Assembly: GCA_051362555.1 (NCBI GenBank)
Contig: CM120644.1
Coordinates: 6,828,954 to 6,892,953 of the forward strand
Origin: Lingula anatina
Taxonomy: Eukaryota; Animalia; Brachiopoda
Direction: 5' to 3'
Length of the DNA stretch: 64,000 nucleotides
Part shown: positions 60,541-64,000 of the stretch, piece by piece
Layout of the letters: each line of letters begins with the position of its first letter
How positions within the stretch are numbered: position 1 is the first letter of the stretch
Made by a program: the position numbers and the translations under genes
Notes under the pieces: generated by a model
What the model was told of the DNA's origin: nothing
The model's database searches: none
What the model saw: only the letters and a program-made list of their open reading frames with translations

Positions 60541-61850
60541 ACATCCATGTTGCCACTGACTCAACAATGTCTCATATATAAGAAGTAAATTATTTGTCTC
60601 GCAGGTTTCTTCACAGTGATAAACATAAGAAGAAAATTGGAATCTGAGGCGGTCAGACGCCCACACCAAGTGGTCGTTTGTCTTAGTAGCACATATGGAA
60701 TTGGATTTTTGTCTCCAAAACACATTTATCTTCGTTTGCCAATTTATATTCAAATAACAATGATGGTCGTATTTCTTAATAATTAAAAAATTATAATAAT
60801 GAAATACAAGAAAACTCGAACTGTGCCTCGGAAAAATTCCTCCTTATATTTCTTTTGAATATAATGAAAAAATTGCAGTTTCTATGTAAAAGCTATGGAA
60901 AAAGGAAGTCTTGTGTCCATCGGCAGTGTGTTTATTTTATAATCAAGATTTAAAATACGATAAAATATTGGAATTATTTTAATGGCAAAAAGTCAAGATT
61001 CTCTGATCCAGAAAAAATCAAGGACGCGTACTATACGCGTTCTTCCATAAAATGTAGAAGAATCAACAGTAGAACCCAAACTTTAGAATTATCATAAAAA
61101 GTTGATATGGAGGGTTTTATATTCTTTATCACCTATTTCTTACGGGGTGAATATAGTTTCTTCGGGTGTGTAGTAGTTATCAGTAGGTATATCAGTAAAT
61201 ATGACTATACACACAGAAACAGGAACTGATTTCTTTTACTTTAAAAAAATCACCACCTGAATGTGCAGTTAGAGCTTGTTGGCTTATATTTTCCTCAAAC
61301 AATGGAATTTTTCCATATGTATTTAAACTTGTCTCAAAGACACAGCCTTGTAAAATTATTTATTTTCAGATCGATGCTTGAAGGTTTTAACTTTGAAAAT
61401 CTGAACAATGTGCTGTCCGCTCGGTTGTGGTGTGTTTCCGTGCATCATAAACACATCTTGAACACTTCTCATGCATAAAATATGCGTAAAATATTAATGA
61501 AATTACGAATTATAAATTTAAAGAAATCCCAACGATTTCATTGAAATTGCTCTTTTCCAAGTATGCATTTCAGGCTTAATTTCGTACACTTTTTGTCTTT
61601 TTTGTCGTATGCTATAACTTGAAGGGTGATTGTTCATTTATTTATTTATTGATTTATTACATTTATTTACGGTCCAATCCTTGTAACACTTTTTATTATA
61701 TATTGCAGTAAGTTTTTGTTTTCGATTTTAGAACAAAAATTCCACCTGCTCTTACCTTTCTCCATTTATCTCTAATACCAGTATTGTAATGAATAATGTA
61801 CCAAATATAAAGTATGGCATATAGATGACGTGGTTTTCCAACGGAACTAG

Positions 61851-61853
<3 letters not shown>

Positions 61854-61904
<51 letters not shown>

Positions 61905-61918
61905 TGGGGGGGGGGGGG
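61854..61918. repeat. (GT)n followed by poly-G
   Basis: Read directly. Confidence 0.95.
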
Positions 61919-62906
61919 ACAAACTATTGGTACATGGGATTTCTACTGTAGTACCTCACAGGCTTAGTTTCCACGTATTTCCGTCTACAGCATATGCCTG
62001 AGTCTTTCAGACTGAAAACCACACAAAATACTCAGCATGGCCTGGGCCTGCAAGGAGGTTGACAGGGGGGCAGCAATCTTTGTTCTTTTCTTCTCGGTCC
62101 AGTCGAATAGGCATCCCGTAAACGCACAGCATTTACCTGTAGTATTCAAATAAATTGTTATTAAACGCACTTATTACCTCGTATCAAGGCACAAAGAAGA
62201 CATAATGAATACCAAACTACGCACTGGGAGCCTACACTATTGCATGCCATCAATTATCCCTCCTTCCGGTTCAGGGGCATACTTAAAAGGAAAAAATACA
62301 ATTTAATATGCAGTGTCGCGTTTCACAAAGAATGGATATCAAGACGCGCATGCGTAGATGGGATCGTATTTTTCGACAGTTTAAATTTGATTCATTTCGT
62401 ATCACGGGCGAGAGCCTAAGAAGAAAGGGCATCACTCGAGGTATTGTGCTGGAGAACATGAAAAATATCACTACGGTCGTCTTACAAAATGTGTGAATAG
62501 TGTTGCAAGGTACGCACAGAGCCAGGAGGAGAAATTAAATCAAGCTCTTTGTTCTTTGAGATAAAGGGCAGGAGACTATCCGTGCGTGTTACTCTAAATT
62601 TGGAATTGTTTTAACATATTTTTTCACTCTGCATAGTTAGTCGCCACAAATGTCTTATGTTGACTAGCTTAACAATCTTTGACGACGTAGGACCAAATAA
62701 CCTCACCCCACCTCTGCTAGTACAACCTTAATGCCAGTCTATTTGCACGTTCATATATGTACATGTACATGTCTATAAGAATGATGTTTTCAGTCCTTTG
62801 ACAAAATGCCCTGTACTGTTGCCGTATTTGTTCACCGAACTTACTGTATTTTTCTTTTTCAAATGTATGGACTATCCGTTCTTCCCTGAACTAACCCAGC
62901 GACAAG

Positions 62907-62908
<2 letters not shown>

Positions 62909-62975
<67 letters not shown>
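62909..62975. repeat. (CT)n(CA)n microsatellite
   Basis: Read directly. Confidence 0.97.
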
Positions 62976-62976
<1 letters not shown>

Positions 62977-64000
62977 ACCAAATGGTGATTACAAAACCAA
63001 AGTACAATTTGCGAGGGATATTTTTAAGCAGATTCCCCACATACATTTAGGTTTAAGCAAGCACACCGTAGGAACCTGCCCTCATAACTAACTGCTCTGA
63101 TCCTCCGCCAGGGTGCAGCACAGGAAGGCAGCTCTTACAGACGATTTAGCAGGGGATGTCTCAAAACACAAAACGAGTTGGTGAAAAAGGTAACAACAAA
63201 ATTTATTTTGGGCTAGATATACTTGCATGTAAATTTACAAAGAATCTGAGATGATTGGGGATGTTGCGGGCTGGAGAGGACAGAGGCACACTCCTTTATC
63301 TGGACATTAATAATGGGAGGAAGTATTGTCTACCGCAGGTGAATATGTTGAAAAATTAAACACATTACAAGTCTTGAGTAAATGTTCATGCTCCACAATG
63401 ATTTGTTGTTTTCATGACTATAAAGCATGTTAGAATGGAGTGGGAGAGAGACTATCAAATCATATAATAGAGCACCACAAGAAAAAACAATAATCAGAAA
63501 AACATAAATGCGCCTTGCCCGCACGTAAAATAATACTTCTTCGCCTCCCCCCCTCTCTTTCCTCCGCCACTCTCCTCCAGTCTGTATGCACCTTTCGTCA
63601 GTGCGTCTTTCAGTGCTTCAAAGTTTACAACATTAAGCACTACGGAGAACCCGACCGCTTTGGTGGCTGAGTCTAAATAAACGATGCCTCATGTTACGAC
63701 TGGTTAAAAAGGCTGAAATTGAGTCCACATGCCCTCGAAGTCACCCTGAGGTTCATACTGCTGAATTCCTCATAGTGAGAATTCCTCCACCTAATATCCT
63801 CCCCGACAAACTGAGTTTAAGGGTGTGTTCGCAATGAAACTATCGTACTAGATAGTTCGAACTAATTCCGCGGGGACTCTTGCTAAATGCAATCGGACTA
63901 AAAAATAAACATGCTTCCTTCTTGTTGATTAGAATACAGAAAAGCTGGTGATTATATGAGTACGTATAAAACAAGAGAAGGCGTGAGAACCTGTTGATCT

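Noticed and set aside
63818-63901. TAA followed by a GGGTGTGTTCGCA Harbinger-like terminus
   Set aside because: No convincing matching right TIR inside the window.

Overview
AT-rich eukaryotic DNA, most like a lophotrochozoan and probably a mollusc (inferred from the EF-hand protein family and repeat content). There is no prokaryotic feature, CRISPR array or RNA gene. Two genes face each other tail to tail. (1) The last two exons of a calmodulin-like EF-hand protein on + (4135-4229, 5084-5300); its 5' part was not found. (2) A complete Polycomb PRC1 RING-finger gene of the BMI1/PCGF4/Psc type on - (nine coding exons, 19328 to 9810, 788 aa by manual splicing), with BMI1-type intron phases and an unusually long, near-neutral, Q-rich disordered tail. 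Upstream of BMI1 lie about 45 kb with no recognisable coding exon. That stretch holds a young PIF/Harbinger-type MITE with 154-bp TIRs carrying YY1/Pho motifs (22341-22886), candidate non-coding first exons near 23.4 kb and 37.1 kb, a consensus CTCF site (56.6 kb), a repeated RTCGTCTGC motif and many microsatellites. I found no clear-cut new biological system. The best leads are regulatory features of the Polycomb gene: the MITE, the distal promoter, a 3' UTR duplication retaining two miR-71 seed sites, and linear motifs in the tail. All counts and alignments were done by eye.
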